A DNA stretch of 20,083 nt from an uncultured Bacteroidaceae bacterium (GCA_964623295.1 CAZUTW010000034.1:1-20083); one strand, 5' to 3'; counted from the first letter of the stretch, positions 1 through 8,249 are shown. A program made the numbers and translations. The notes: generated from the letters alone by a model not told the origin.

Positions 1-677
1 CCGTAGCACTCTACTTGGCGGCAGCCGGTGTTGGTACCATCGGTATTATAGACGGAGATGTGGTGGACATCAGTAATCTGCAGCGTCAGGTGATTCACTT
101 TACGGACGATATCAACCGTCCGAAGGTGGAGTCGGCTAAGGAGAAAATGCTGAAGATAAACCCGGGTATCAAGGTGAATACTTACCAGGATTTCTTGATG
201 GCGGACAATGCGCTGGATATCATAAAGGACTACGACTTTGTGGTGGATGGTACGGACAACTTCCCGGTGAAGTTCTTGATCAACGATGCGTGTGTTATGG
301 CCGGTAAACCGTTCTCTCACGGAGGTATTCTCCGCTTCGAGGGACAGACCTTTACCCATCTTCCCGGTACGGCTTGTTACCGTTGTATGTTTAAGACACC
401 GCCTCCCGCAGGAGCTGTTCCAACCTGTTCACAAGCAGGTGTATTGGGCGCTATCGCCGGCATGTTGGGTACCATCCAGGCAGCCGAGGTGCTGAAGTAT
501 CTTACCGGCGTGGGTGAATTGCTTACCGATCAGTTGCTGACGTTCGATGCCAAAACCATGAACTTCCGCAAGATAAAGACCCATAAGCATGGTCGTTGTC
601 CGCTGTGTGGCGAGAATCCTACCATCACGGAACTTATCGACTACGAGCAGGCAGCTTGTGATTTGAAGAATCATTAA
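1..677 (+). CDS. ThiF/MoeB/HesA-family E1-like adenylyltransferase, 5'-truncated by the window edge (about 35 aa missing).
   Basis: The reading frame is open to position 1, and the listed ORF start at 15 is a TTG artefact. The Rossmann GxGxxG motif (AAAGVGTIGIID) and a conserved DxSNLQRQ motif are present. The C-terminus carries CxxC...CxxC zinc-knuckle cysteines (CYRC ... CPLC) typical of MoeB/ThiF. There is no rhodanese domain. The TAA stop is at 675-677. Confidence 0.85.
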   Translation, partial: VALYLAAAGVGTIGIIDGDVVDISNLQRQVIHFTDDINRPKVESAKEKMLKINPGIKVNTYQDFLMADNALDIIKDYDFVVDGTDNFPVKFLINDACVMAGKPFSHGGILRFEGQTFTHLPGTACYRCMFKTPPPAGAVPTCSQAGVLGAIAGMLGTIQAAEVLKYLTGVGELLTDQLLTFDAKTMNFRKIKTHKHGRCPLCGENPTITELIDYEQAACDLKNH

Positions 678-689
678 TCGGAACCGAAT

Positions 690-1088
690 ATGGAGATAAA
701 GAAAGATGTCTTTGACCAAATCGTGGCACAAGCCCGCGAGGAACTCCCCAATGAGTCCTGCGGTTATTTCTTGGGTGCCGTTGGTGAGGTGATTGACGAA
801 AATTATAGAATGACGAATGTAGATGCCAGTCCGGAGCATTTCTCCTTCGCACCGAAGGAGCAGTTCGGCGCTATCAACCATGCACGCAAGACGGGTAAAA
901 AGGTGATAGCCAACTGGCATAGTCATCCGGCCTCTCCGGCCCGTCCGTCGCAAGAGGATATACGTTTGGCCTACGACCCCAACATACTTTATTTTATTGT
1001 ATCGTTGGCAGCCGAAGAGCCTGTGCTCAATGGCTATCGTATTGTAAACGGCGAAGTGACCAAGCTGGAGTTGACCATAGTAGAATAA
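690..1088 (+). CDS. JAMM/MPN+ metalloprotease, Mec+/CysO-deconjugating type.
   Basis: A complete JAMM motif is present: upstream Glu (PNESCGY), then HSHPASPARPSQED, which fits H-x-H-x7-S-x2-D. The 132-aa size matches stand-alone prokaryotic JAMM proteins. It starts 12 nt after the ThiF stop, so the two are co-transcribed. Confidence 0.8.
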   Translation: MEIKKDVFDQIVAQAREELPNESCGYFLGAVGEVIDENYRMTNVDASPEHFSFAPKEQFGAINHARKTGKKVIANWHSHPASPARPSQEDIRLAYDPNILYFIVSLAAEEPVLNGYRIVNGEVTKLELTIVE

Positions 1089-1250
1089 CAGAAAAATGTT
1101 TTTTGTTGCGTGCCCCCGGAATTAACTCACGTTCCCTGAACCTCACACCATGGAGTTAATACGGGGGCCTTCGCAGCGCCTTAATAAAGAATTTATACAC
1201 GCAGATAGGTTTTCTTGTCAAACAGAGCAACCATTCTCGCATATTTTAAC

Positions 1251-1258
1251 TAACTTTG
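1251..1258 (+). promoter_or_regulatory. Bacteroidetes sigma-A -7 box TAACTTTG, 20 bp upstream of the cysteine synthase ATG.
   Basis: It matches the Bacteroides consensus TAnnTTTG exactly. Its distance to the start codon is typical for Bacteroidetes short leaders. Confidence 0.5.
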
Positions 1259-1277
1259 CAACATCAAAAAAAAGAAT

Positions 1278-2222
1278 ATGAAGGTACATAACGATTTGAC
1301 AGAGCTTATCGGTGGCACTCCGCTATTGGAGTTGCACCGCATAGAGAAGGAAGAAAACCTGCAGGCTCGACTGATTGTAAAACCGGAATTGTTTAATCCC
1401 GGTGGAAGTGTGAAAGACCGCATTGCTTTTGCCATGATAGAAGATGCGGAAAAATCCGGTAAGATTAAGCCGGGGGCAACCATCATTGAGCCTACCAGTG
1501 GAAACACGGGTATCGGTTTGGCTTGGGTGGCAACTTCTAAGGGATATAAGGTGATTCTTACCATGCCGGAAACCATGAGCGTGGAACGCCAAAACTTGTT
1601 GCGCTCACTGGGGGCAGAGGTGATTCTTACAAGAGGAAGAGACGGAATGAACGGTGCCATACAGAAGGCCGAGGAATTGCGCGACAGTACGCCCAACAGC
1701 ATCATACTGCAGCAGTTCGACAACCCGGCAAACCCTGCCATGCACGAACGTACAACAGCCGAGGAGATATGGAACGATACCGATGGTACGGTGGATATCT
1801 TCATAGCCGGTGTGGGTACGGGCGGTACGTTGACGGGTACTTCTCGTGGACTAAAGAAACATAACCCGGCCATCAAGACGGTGGCGGTGGAGCCTTATAC
1901 CTCTTCCGTATTGTCCGGTGAAAAGGCGGGACCGCACAGAATTCAGGGTATCGGAGCCGGCTTTGTGCCTAAAGTGTATGACCCGAGTGTGGTGAACCGT
2001 GTAGTGCGAGTGAAGGACGATGATGCTATACGCACCAGCCGTTTGTTGGCGGGTAGTATAGGTCTGTTGGTGGGCTTCTCCTCGGGTGCCGCTCTCTGGG
2101 CGGGTATAGAGGAAGCTCGGAAGCCCGAAAATGCCGGCAAGACCATAGTGGTGCTGTTGCCCGATACCGGTGAACGATACCTCTCCACCGTATTGTACGC
2201 ATTTAACGAGTATCCTTTATAA
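1278..2222 (+). CDS. cysK: Cysteine synthase (O-acetylserine or O-phosphoserine sulfhydrylase, CysK/CysM family, PLP-dependent).
   Basis: The PLP-lysine motif SVKDR, the glycine loop TSGNTGIGLA, and the GVGTGGT and GI..G motifs are present. The protein is 314 aa with a clean ATG at 1278. Confidence 0.9.
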   Translation: MKVHNDLTELIGGTPLLELHRIEKEENLQARLIVKPELFNPGGSVKDRIAFAMIEDAEKSGKIKPGATIIEPTSGNTGIGLAWVATSKGYKVILTMPETMSVERQNLLRSLGAEVILTRGRDGMNGAIQKAEELRDSTPNSIILQQFDNPANPAMHERTTAEEIWNDTDGTVDIFIAGVGTGGTLTGTSRGLKKHNPAIKTVAVEPYTSSVLSGEKAGPHRIQGIGAGFVPKVYDPSVVNRVVRVKDDDAIRTSRLLAGSIGLLVGFSSGAALWAGIEEARKPENAGKTIVVLLPDTGERYLSTVLYAFNEYPL

Positions 2223-2237
2223 AAACGATAAAAAAAC

Positions 2238-2885
2238 ATGACTTTCTACTTAGCAGACAATCAAGCAATAAGTAAACGAGGCCTAGAAGCCTACATCAAG
2301 GATTTGTTCGAGGACAAAGCCGATATAGTAGGAGTGGAAGATAAAAAACAACTGACGACCGAATTGGAGAAAAATGCCAATTCGGGCATCGTTGTTTTGG
2401 ACTATACTCTCTTTGATATACCGGGAGTGGAGGATTTCCTTCTTTTAACCGAACGATTCAGGCAGGTGGATTGGCTGCTTTTTTCCACCGAACTGTCCGA
2501 TACGTTTGTGCGGAGGTTGGGGGCGGAGCCGAAGGTCAGTATCTTGCTGAAGGACAACTCTGAGGAGGAGATTATTTCAGCGTTGCGTTGCACGTCAAAG
2601 GGGGAGCGCTATTTGTGCCATCAAGTGGTAAGCTTGTTGCTTTCCGAGCGTGAAACGCACAATCCCGGTGAGAATGAACTTACTCCTACCGAGAAGGAAA
2701 TCCTTAAGCTGATAGCAATGGGTAAGACGGTGAAGGAGATTGCCTCTATTCGTATTTCCAGTATACACACTATTACGACCCATAAGAAGAACATCTTCCG
2801 TAAGTTGCGCGTGAACAACGTGTACGAGGCCACTAAGTATGCCCTGCGTGCCGGGTTGGTGGAGATGTCCGATTACTATATTTAA
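2238..2885 (+). CDS. NarL/FixJ-family response regulator with a receiver domain and LuxR-type HTH; orphan, with no adjacent histidine kinase.
   Basis: The C-terminal LuxR HTH is present (TPTEKEILKLIAMGKTVKEIA ... TITTHKKNIFRKLRV). The N-terminal receiver fold has the phospho-acceptor Asp in VVLDYTLFD, a Thr in LLFST and a Lys in ILLKDN. The first acidic pair is ADN rather than DD. It starts 15 nt after the cysteine synthase stop. Confidence 0.75.
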   Translation: MTFYLADNQAISKRGLEAYIKDLFEDKADIVGVEDKKQLTTELEKNANSGIVVLDYTLFDIPGVEDFLLLTERFRQVDWLLFSTELSDTFVRRLGAEPKVSILLKDNSEEEIISALRCTSKGERYLCHQVVSLLLSERETHNPGENELTPTEKEILKLIAMGKTVKEIASIRISSIHTITTHKKNIFRKLRVNNVYEATKYALRAGLVEMSDYYI

Positions 2886-2963
2886 AAAAGTGTAGAAACA
2901 ATAAAGTTTTGCCTCTAAACGAAAAAAATGGCTAAGTTAACGTGTTATGTAACAAAATTGTAG

Positions 2964-2971
2964 TATTTTTG
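2964..2971 (+). promoter_or_regulatory. -7 box TATTTTTG, 45 bp upstream of the Na/Pi cotransporter ATG.
   Basis: It matches the TAnnTTTG consensus. A TTG lies about 10 bp further upstream and is a possible -33-type element. Confidence 0.45.
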
Positions 2972-3015
2972 CACTGTAATTTTGAACACTATCATTTTTT
3001 AATGAGACAATAAAC

Positions 3016-4710
3016 ATGTCTATCTACGCAATTTTGAAATTATTGGGATGTTTGGCCCTGCTCATGTACGGTATGAAGGTGATGAGTGAGGGACTGCAGA
3101 AAATGGCCGGTAGTCAACTGCGTCACGTATTGAGTGCCATGACTACCAACCGTTTTACGGGTATGCTCACGGGAGCATTTGTCACCGCATCCATCCAATC
3201 CTCTACAGCGACAACCGTCATGACGGTCAGTTTTGTCAATGCGGGCCTCCTCACGCTGGCGCAAGCCATCTCCGTGATTATGGGTGCCAACATCGGTACT
3301 ACACTGACCGCATGGATTATGTCTGCGGGTTTTAACTTTTCAATGAGCGCACTGGTCTATCCTATATTTATATTGGCCATTGCGCTTATTTATTCTAAGA
3401 ACAAGAAGTCTATGGGTGAGTTCATCTTCGGCTTATGCTTCATGTTCTTGGGGTTGGGCACCTTGAAGGAGAATGCTGCCGATATGGATTTGGGCAACAA
3501 TCCGGCGGTGCTGGAGTTCTTTACTCAAACGGGTAATTGGGGCTATGGTACTTATCTGTTGTTCTTGCTTATCGGTGGTATCCTTACCATGTGTGTGCAG
3601 TCTTCTGCTGCTGTCATGGCCATTACCATGATCCTGTGTTCTTCGGGGGCACTGGGTATCTATCCGGGTATTGCGTTGGTTATGGGTGAGAACATAGGTA
3701 CTACGGTTACTTCCAACTTGGCGGCGCTTACAGCTAGTCCGCAGGCTCGTCGTGCGGCGTTGGCGCACATGTTCTTCAATATCTTCGGTGTCATCTGGGT
3801 GCTGTGTATCTTTACGCACTTTGTGGATGGCGTTTGTGCTTTGGTTCATGTGGATCCGAACAATGTGCACGATCCGGGTAAGTTGTCTTATGTATTGGCG
3901 GCGTTCCACACGGCGTTCAATGTGTGCAACGTGCTTATCCTCATCTGGTTTATCAAGCCTATCGAGCGTTTCGTATGTTGGGTTATCCCGTCTGAGCGCA
4001 AGGAGGAGGATGAGGAGTTCCGTCTCAAGTTTATCTCCGGTGGTTTGATGACCACAGCCGAGTTGTCAGTATTCGAGGCTCAGAAGGAGATTAACAACTT
4101 TGCGGAACGTACGCAGCGTATGTTCGGTTTTGTACGTGAGTTGTTCGATATGCCGAATGCAAAGGATGAGAGTTTTTCCAAGTTGTTTACTCGCATAGAG
4201 AAATATGAGTCTATCAGCGACAATATGGAGTTGGAGATAGGTAACTATCTGAACGAGGTGAGCGATGGTCGCTTGAGTTATGAGACGAAGATGAAGATTC
4301 AACAGATGATGCGTGAGGTGAGCGAGATTGAGAGCATCGGCGATAGTTGCTACAATCTGGCACGTACCATTCGCAGAAAGGCGGATCAAGAGGCCTTTCC
4401 GAGCATCTTGAACGACCATGTTAAGCAGATGATGGCGCTGACCAATTCTGCCTTGGTGGAGATGAATAAGTTGCTTACAGGCCGACGTGCGCAGATGGAT
4501 GCGAACATCTCTTTCAATATAGAAAAGGAGATAAACAACTTCCGTAAGCAGTTGCGTAGTCAGAACGTACGCGATGTGGACAATCACGAATATTCTTACT
4601 TGACGGGTACTACTTATATGGACCTCATCAACGAGTGTGAGAAACTCGGTGATTACGTGGTCAACGTGGTGGAGGCTCGTATGGATGTCCGCGAAAGAAA
4701 AGCGGTATAA
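3016..4710 (+). CDS. Na+/phosphate cotransporter family protein (NptA/YjbB-like) with a C-terminal PhoU-like cytoplasmic domain.
   Basis: The N-terminal half is polytopic membrane with duplicated Na_Pi_cotrans motifs (QSSTATTVM... and ...GENIGTTVTS). The C-terminal 200 aa is a soluble helical PhoU-like region. The protein is 564 aa. Confidence 0.85.
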   Translation: MSIYAILKLLGCLALLMYGMKVMSEGLQKMAGSQLRHVLSAMTTNRFTGMLTGAFVTASIQSSTATTVMTVSFVNAGLLTLAQAISVIMGANIGTTLTAWIMSAGFNFSMSALVYPIFILAIALIYSKNKKSMGEFIFGLCFMFLGLGTLKENAADMDLGNNPAVLEFFTQTGNWGYGTYLLFLLIGGILTMCVQSSAAVMAITMILCSSGALGIYPGIALVMGENIGTTVTSNLAALTASPQARRAALAHMFFNIFGVIWVLCIFTHFVDGVCALVHVDPNNVHDPGKLSYVLAAFHTAFNVCNVLILIWFIKPIERFVCWVIPSERKEEDEEFRLKFISGGLMTTAELSVFEAQKEINNFAERTQRMFGFVRELFDMPNAKDESFSKLFTRIEKYESISDNMELEIGNYLNEVSDGRLSYETKMKIQQMMREVSEIESIGDSCYNLARTIRRKADQEAFPSILNDHVKQMMALTNSALVEMNKLLTGRRAQMDANISFNIEKEINNFRKQLRSQNVRDVDNHEYSYLTGTTYMDLINECEKLGDYVVNVVEARMDVRERKAV

Positions 4711-4734
4711 GAATAAATAAGGTATAAAAGAAAA

Positions 4735-4767
4735 GGCGGTCACGTGGTGTACGTGACCGCCTTTTCT
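4735..4767. terminator. Bidirectional intrinsic terminator between the convergent cotransporter and flotillin genes.
   Basis: There is a perfect 11-bp stem GGCGGTCACGT / ACGTGACCGCC with a 5-nt loop. It is flanked by AAAAGAAAA on the 5' side and TTTTCT on the 3' side. Confidence 0.8.
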
Positions 4768-4782
4768 ATGTTTAGATCTGTT

Positions 4783-6177
4783 TTATGATTCTTCGTTGTT
4801 CTCCACCTCTTCGGCGGTTGTTTCCGTAGGTTGAGCCTCTTTCTTTCCCAAGTACTCCGGCAACTGCATGCCCGCCTGGTCGAAGAGCTCCTGGAGCGGT
4901 GGGATAGACTTCATGAGACCACTCAGAAAATCGGCCGTAGAACCTTTACCATCCTTACCGGAACCGTTCTCCCAAACCGTTACCTTATCGATGTTGATAC
5001 CCTTGATAGCCTCCACCTGGGTCTTAACCAATTCAGGCAACTTCTCCAAGAGCAACAGAGTGTATGCTTTTGTAGCATCGCCACCGGCAGCCTGGATCAT
5101 CTTGTCGTAACCGGCAGCCTGCTTGGTAAGAACCTCGTAGAGACCCTTAGCCTCGGCTTCCATCTTCGCAAAGATAGCATCTGCTTCACCCTTCGCGTTG
5201 ACACGTTTCTGCTCCGCCATAGCTTCTGCTTCGATAATCTTACGTTGTTTCTCTACCTCCTGCGGCACAATCACGTTGGCGTTCTGTGTACTACGTTCGC
5301 GTTCCGCACGTGCCATTTCGGCTTCCTTCTCGGCTGCGTAAGCGTCCTGCAGAGCACGAGCCTGTTGCACCTTCTCGGCCGTTACCGCCTTGCGCTGAGC
5401 TTCTGCCTCGCGTTCGCGACGGTATGCCTCGGAGTTCGCTATCTCTACTTTTGCCTCGTTCTCACCCTTCACCGCCTGAGCATTGGCCTCGGACGTTCGG
5501 ATACGGGTTTCCTTCAGAGCTTCAGCTTTACCTATTTCACCCATCTTCTCTTGTTCTGCAACGCTCACCTTTGCCTCGTTGATGGCCTTGGCTGCAGCCT
5601 CTTTACCAAGCGCCTCTATGTATCCGGATTCATCCTTAATATCGGTTACATTGACGTTGATAAGTCGCAAACCGATTTTTTTCAATTCCACTTCTACATT
5701 CTTAGAGATGGCATCGAGGAAGGTGTCGCGGTCGGAGTTCAGCTGTTCAATACTCATGGTGGCAATCACCAAACGTAGTTGACCGAACAAGATATCGCGT
5801 GTAAGTTCCTGAATCTGTTCACTACTCTGTCCCAAGAGGCGTTCTGCCGCATTTTTCATACTATCCTCATCGGTAGAGATACCCACCGTAAAGCGGCAAG
5901 GAACATCCACACGTATGTTCTGTCTACTCAGTGCATTGGTAAGGTTGGCATCGATGCTAATCGGTGTCAAACTCATGTACGCATAATCCTGCACGATAGG
6001 CCACACAAAGGTACCGCCACCGTGTACACACTTGGCAGAGCCTTTGCCCGTACTTCCGTAAACTACGAGAATCTTATCAGACGGACAGCGTCTGTAACGT
6101 TTCACAATGGCTGCCACTGCCGAGATGATGACTACGGCGATGACGGCAACCAAGATAATGGTTGGATCTTCTGTCAT
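4783..6177 (-). CDS. Flotillin-like SPFH/band-7 domain protein (YqiK-type).
   Basis: It has an N-terminal TM helix and an SPFH domain, then a long Ala/Glu-rich coiled coil (AEAQRKAVTAEKVQQARALQDAYAAEKEAEMARAER) and an acidic C-terminus. The protein is 464 aa. Confidence 0.85.
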   Translation of the reverse strand: MTEDPTIILVAVIAVVIISAVAAIVKRYRRCPSDKILVVYGSTGKGSAKCVHGGGTFVWPIVQDYAYMSLTPISIDANLTNALSRQNIRVDVPCRFTVGISTDEDSMKNAAERLLGQSSEQIQELTRDILFGQLRLVIATMSIEQLNSDRDTFLDAISKNVEVELKKIGLRLINVNVTDIKDESGYIEALGKEAAAKAINEAKVSVAEQEKMGEIGKAEALKETRIRTSEANAQAVKGENEAKVEIANSEAYRREREAEAQRKAVTAEKVQQARALQDAYAAEKEAEMARAERERSTQNANVIVPQEVEKQRKIIEAEAMAEQKRVNAKGEADAIFAKMEAEAKGLYEVLTKQAAGYDKMIQAAGGDATKAYTLLLLEKLPELVKTQVEAIKGINIDKVTVWENGSGKDGKGSTADFLSGLMKSIPPLQELFDQAGMQLPEYLGKKEAQPTETTAEEVENNEES

Positions 6178-6219
6178 ATACTTCTGTTTTTTTTATGGTT
6201 TCTTATTCTAAAAAATCAC

Positions 6220-6792
6220 TTAGATGACACGCTCTACCACAACAAGAGAGTTGCCTACTACCTCGATGATGCGTGCTTTGTCGCCGGTAGCGAGAGGTAT
6301 GTGGTCATCGGTTACGGCATCGTACTCATAGGTGGTGCCGTTCTTACTGAACTGTATCTTACCGGTACCGCTACGCTGCTCCGGAACGCGCAAGTAGATG
6401 TCGCCTACAGCACCTACGGCATCTTTCAGGTGGAAGGTTCCATCTTCATCGAAACGCATCACAAAACGCATGATGGCAAAGATGATGTACACCAGGAAAC
6501 ATCCTACAGCGATGCCCATTAGGTTGAGCAACCACAAGGAGGAGACACTTGTGTAGAGCAATGCACACGTCCATCCGTATCCTAAGAGGAAGTTTACCAA
6601 CGACTTCAACGTGAAAAGATGGAATCCGGATGCATCGAAATCCAAGTCGGTATCGCCGTCGAAATCCATACCCACAAAGGTAAGAACCATTTGAATAAGG
6701 AAAACGATGGTTACACCCATAGACAAAAGCCAATAGCTGCGCTCTGTAGCATCCATGGCTTCCGGAAAGAATGAAAGTATCTGTTCAAACAT
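6220..6792 (-). CDS. NfeD-like membrane protein (YqiJ-type partner of flotillin).
   Basis: It has multiple N-terminal TM helices and a C-terminal OB-fold-like soluble beta domain. It lies 42 nt upstream of, and is co-directional with, the flotillin gene, which is the classic NfeD-SPFH pairing. Confidence 0.75.
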   Translation of the reverse strand: MFEQILSFFPEAMDATERSYWLLSMGVTIVFLIQMVLTFVGMDFDGDTDLDFDASGFHLFTLKSLVNFLLGYGWTCALLYTSVSSLWLLNLMGIAVGCFLVYIIFAIMRFVMRFDEDGTFHLKDAVGAVGDIYLRVPEQRSGTGKIQFSKNGTTYEYDAVTDDHIPLATGDKARIIEVVGNSLVVVERVI

Positions 6793-6824
6793 ACGGCAGT
6801 GGTTTAAAACGTTATCTATAAGCG

Positions 6825-6832
6825 CAAAGTTA
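6825..6832 (-). promoter_or_regulatory. -7 box TAACTTTG (minus strand), 33 bp upstream of the NfeD ATG.
   Basis: The plus strand reads CAAAGTTA, which is the reverse complement of TAACTTTG. The octamer is identical to the one at the cysK promoter. Confidence 0.5.
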
Positions 6833-6863
6833 GTTTTTTCTTTGGAACTGATTGTTTATTTAA

Positions 6864-6894
6864 TAAAAAAAGCGGTCTACAGACCGCCTTTTTT
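6864..6894. terminator. Bidirectional intrinsic terminator downstream of the TolC-like gene and upstream of the NfeD promoter.
   Basis: The sequence is AAAAAAA-GCGGTC-TACA-GACCGC-CTTTTTT. A 6-7 bp GC stem is flanked by an A-run and a T-run, so it gives U-tracts on both strands. Confidence 0.75.
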
Positions 6895-6954
6895 AACATA
6901 TTATTTCTTTTTACTTAATCTATGAACCGCTTTTTTGCAAAAGAGGTTATCTTT

Positions 6955-8196
6955 TTACATCTGCGAAAGTCGGTTCTTGAGTAGTTGAATCTTAATCTCT
7001 TGCAGCTCGTACTCCTTTTCCATAACACTCAGAAAGTGGTTGAAGAAATCGTGCTTGGTGGTGAGATATGCAATCATGGATAGTTCTCCCTCCTTAAAAG
7101 CTGTTTCGTTTTTTTGTTCCGATTCCGCCAGAAGAGCACGTATGTTGGTTGAGGAACCGTTCGCCTGGAACATGGAGTTGAGTATGATGTACTTATCGTA
7201 GAGTGCATCGAACTCCTGTTCTGCATTCAGACGAGCCTCCTCCAGCTCCCATTCGTTGGTTTGCTCGGCAGCACGAGCGGCCTTTACTTTACCTCGTTGA
7301 GAGAAGATGGGGAGAGCCGCACTGACGATGACACCATTGTAAGCATCGGTCGCAGCATCCGTCTCCGAAGTTGTAGTGCGACGGAATCCGGCACCCAAAC
7401 GAGGCAAGATACCTTGTTTCGCTAAACTAACCCCCTTCTTACCTACCGCCAAATTCTTTTGAGCCAACACCACACGAGCATCGTTTTCCACAAAACTACT
7501 CTTTAACTCCTCGCGTGAGGGAATCTCCAAGAGCGGGTAGTCGCTTAGCAGCGGGGCATTACTCGGGTTACTACGGAAGTTTTTACCTCCGTTCAGTGTG
7601 CGGAGTTCGTAGTGTAGGTCGTTCAGTTTGAGACGTGCCTTAATAAGATCCTGAGCAAATTGCTGTGCCTCTACCCTCAGGTCGTTTACCTCGGTGACGG
7701 TAGCATCGCCACTCTTGAGTTGGTCCTCGTAGAGTTTTACCAATTGCTGCATAAGTTTCTCCTCCTCCTGCAGACGATCTACGAGTTGGGTAATGTATAC
7801 CTCCTCTACACACAGCGTGGCGGTGGTGGTGAGTATTTCGTTGAGTATTTGGTTGGCCTCGGCATCCAACGCCTCTCCACGCAGCTTGTTTAGTTTATTG
7901 CGTTGGGCATAGAGGGTAGGGAAGTCGAACTCCTGAATCACATTCAACTCGGTAGAGTGTCCCAAAGGCGAATGAGAACCCCACTGATGTGTATAATCAA
8001 TGGATGTCTCAGGCAGATTATTTTCTGTCTTATATTCCTCTTTGGTTGCTGTGTTATCTTGCTTTTTCACTCGAAGGGAACGGTTGTTCTCTTCCACTTG
8101 TGTAAGCACATCCTTTAGCGTAAGAGACTGTGCAAAGACGGTTTGTGCCAGGAACATCCCCCCCAGCAACAGTATTCCGCAAAGACTTTTCTTCAT
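6955..8196 (-). CDS. TolC-family outer-membrane efflux protein (outer membrane factor).
   Basis: A signal peptide (MKKSLCGILLLGGMFLAQTVFAQ) is followed by a typical OEP N-terminus (LTLKDVLTQVEENNRSLR). The two-fold repeated alpha-helical/beta architecture is rich in Q/E/L, and the protein is 413 aa. No cognate periplasmic adaptor or pump gene is in the window. Confidence 0.7.
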   Translation of the reverse strand: MKKSLCGILLLGGMFLAQTVFAQSLTLKDVLTQVEENNRSLRVKKQDNTATKEEYKTENNLPETSIDYTHQWGSHSPLGHSTELNVIQEFDFPTLYAQRNKLNKLRGEALDAEANQILNEILTTTATLCVEEVYITQLVDRLQEEEKLMQQLVKLYEDQLKSGDATVTEVNDLRVEAQQFAQDLIKARLKLNDLHYELRTLNGGKNFRSNPSNAPLLSDYPLLEIPSREELKSSFVENDARVVLAQKNLAVGKKGVSLAKQGILPRLGAGFRRTTTSETDAATDAYNGVIVSAALPIFSQRGKVKAARAAEQTNEWELEEARLNAEQEFDALYDKYIILNSMFQANGSSTNIRALLAESEQKNETAFKEGELSMIAYLTTKHDFFNHFLSVMEKEYELQEIKIQLLKNRLSQM

Positions 8197-8241
8197 ATCT
8201 TAAAATTCTTTTGTATTATATCACTACAAACTTATTGCATA

Positions 8242-8249
8242 CAAAGATA
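8242..8249 (-). promoter_or_regulatory. -7 box TATCTTTG (minus strand), 46 bp upstream of the TolC-like ATG. A second candidate TAAGTTTG lies at 8227-8234.
   Basis: The plus strand reads CAAAGATA and CAAACTTA, both of which are reverse complements of TAnnTTTG. Confidence 0.4.

Noticed and set aside
429-953. 174-aa minus-strand ORF overlapping the ThiF 3' end and the JAMM gene; also the 208-aa minus-strand ORF at 1250-1876 antisense to cysK.
   Set aside because: These are shadow ORFs. The plus-strand genes contain unambiguous Zn-knuckle, JAMM and PLP motifs.
4831-5778. 315-aa plus-strand ORF (and the 5286-5582, 5483-5782 and 5779-6522 ORFs) inside the flotillin/NfeD genes.
   Set aside because: They are antisense shadows of the Ala/Glu-rich coiled-coil region. 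Their composition is low-complexity Leu/Ser/Arg, they lack motifs, and they overlap well-supported minus-strand genes.
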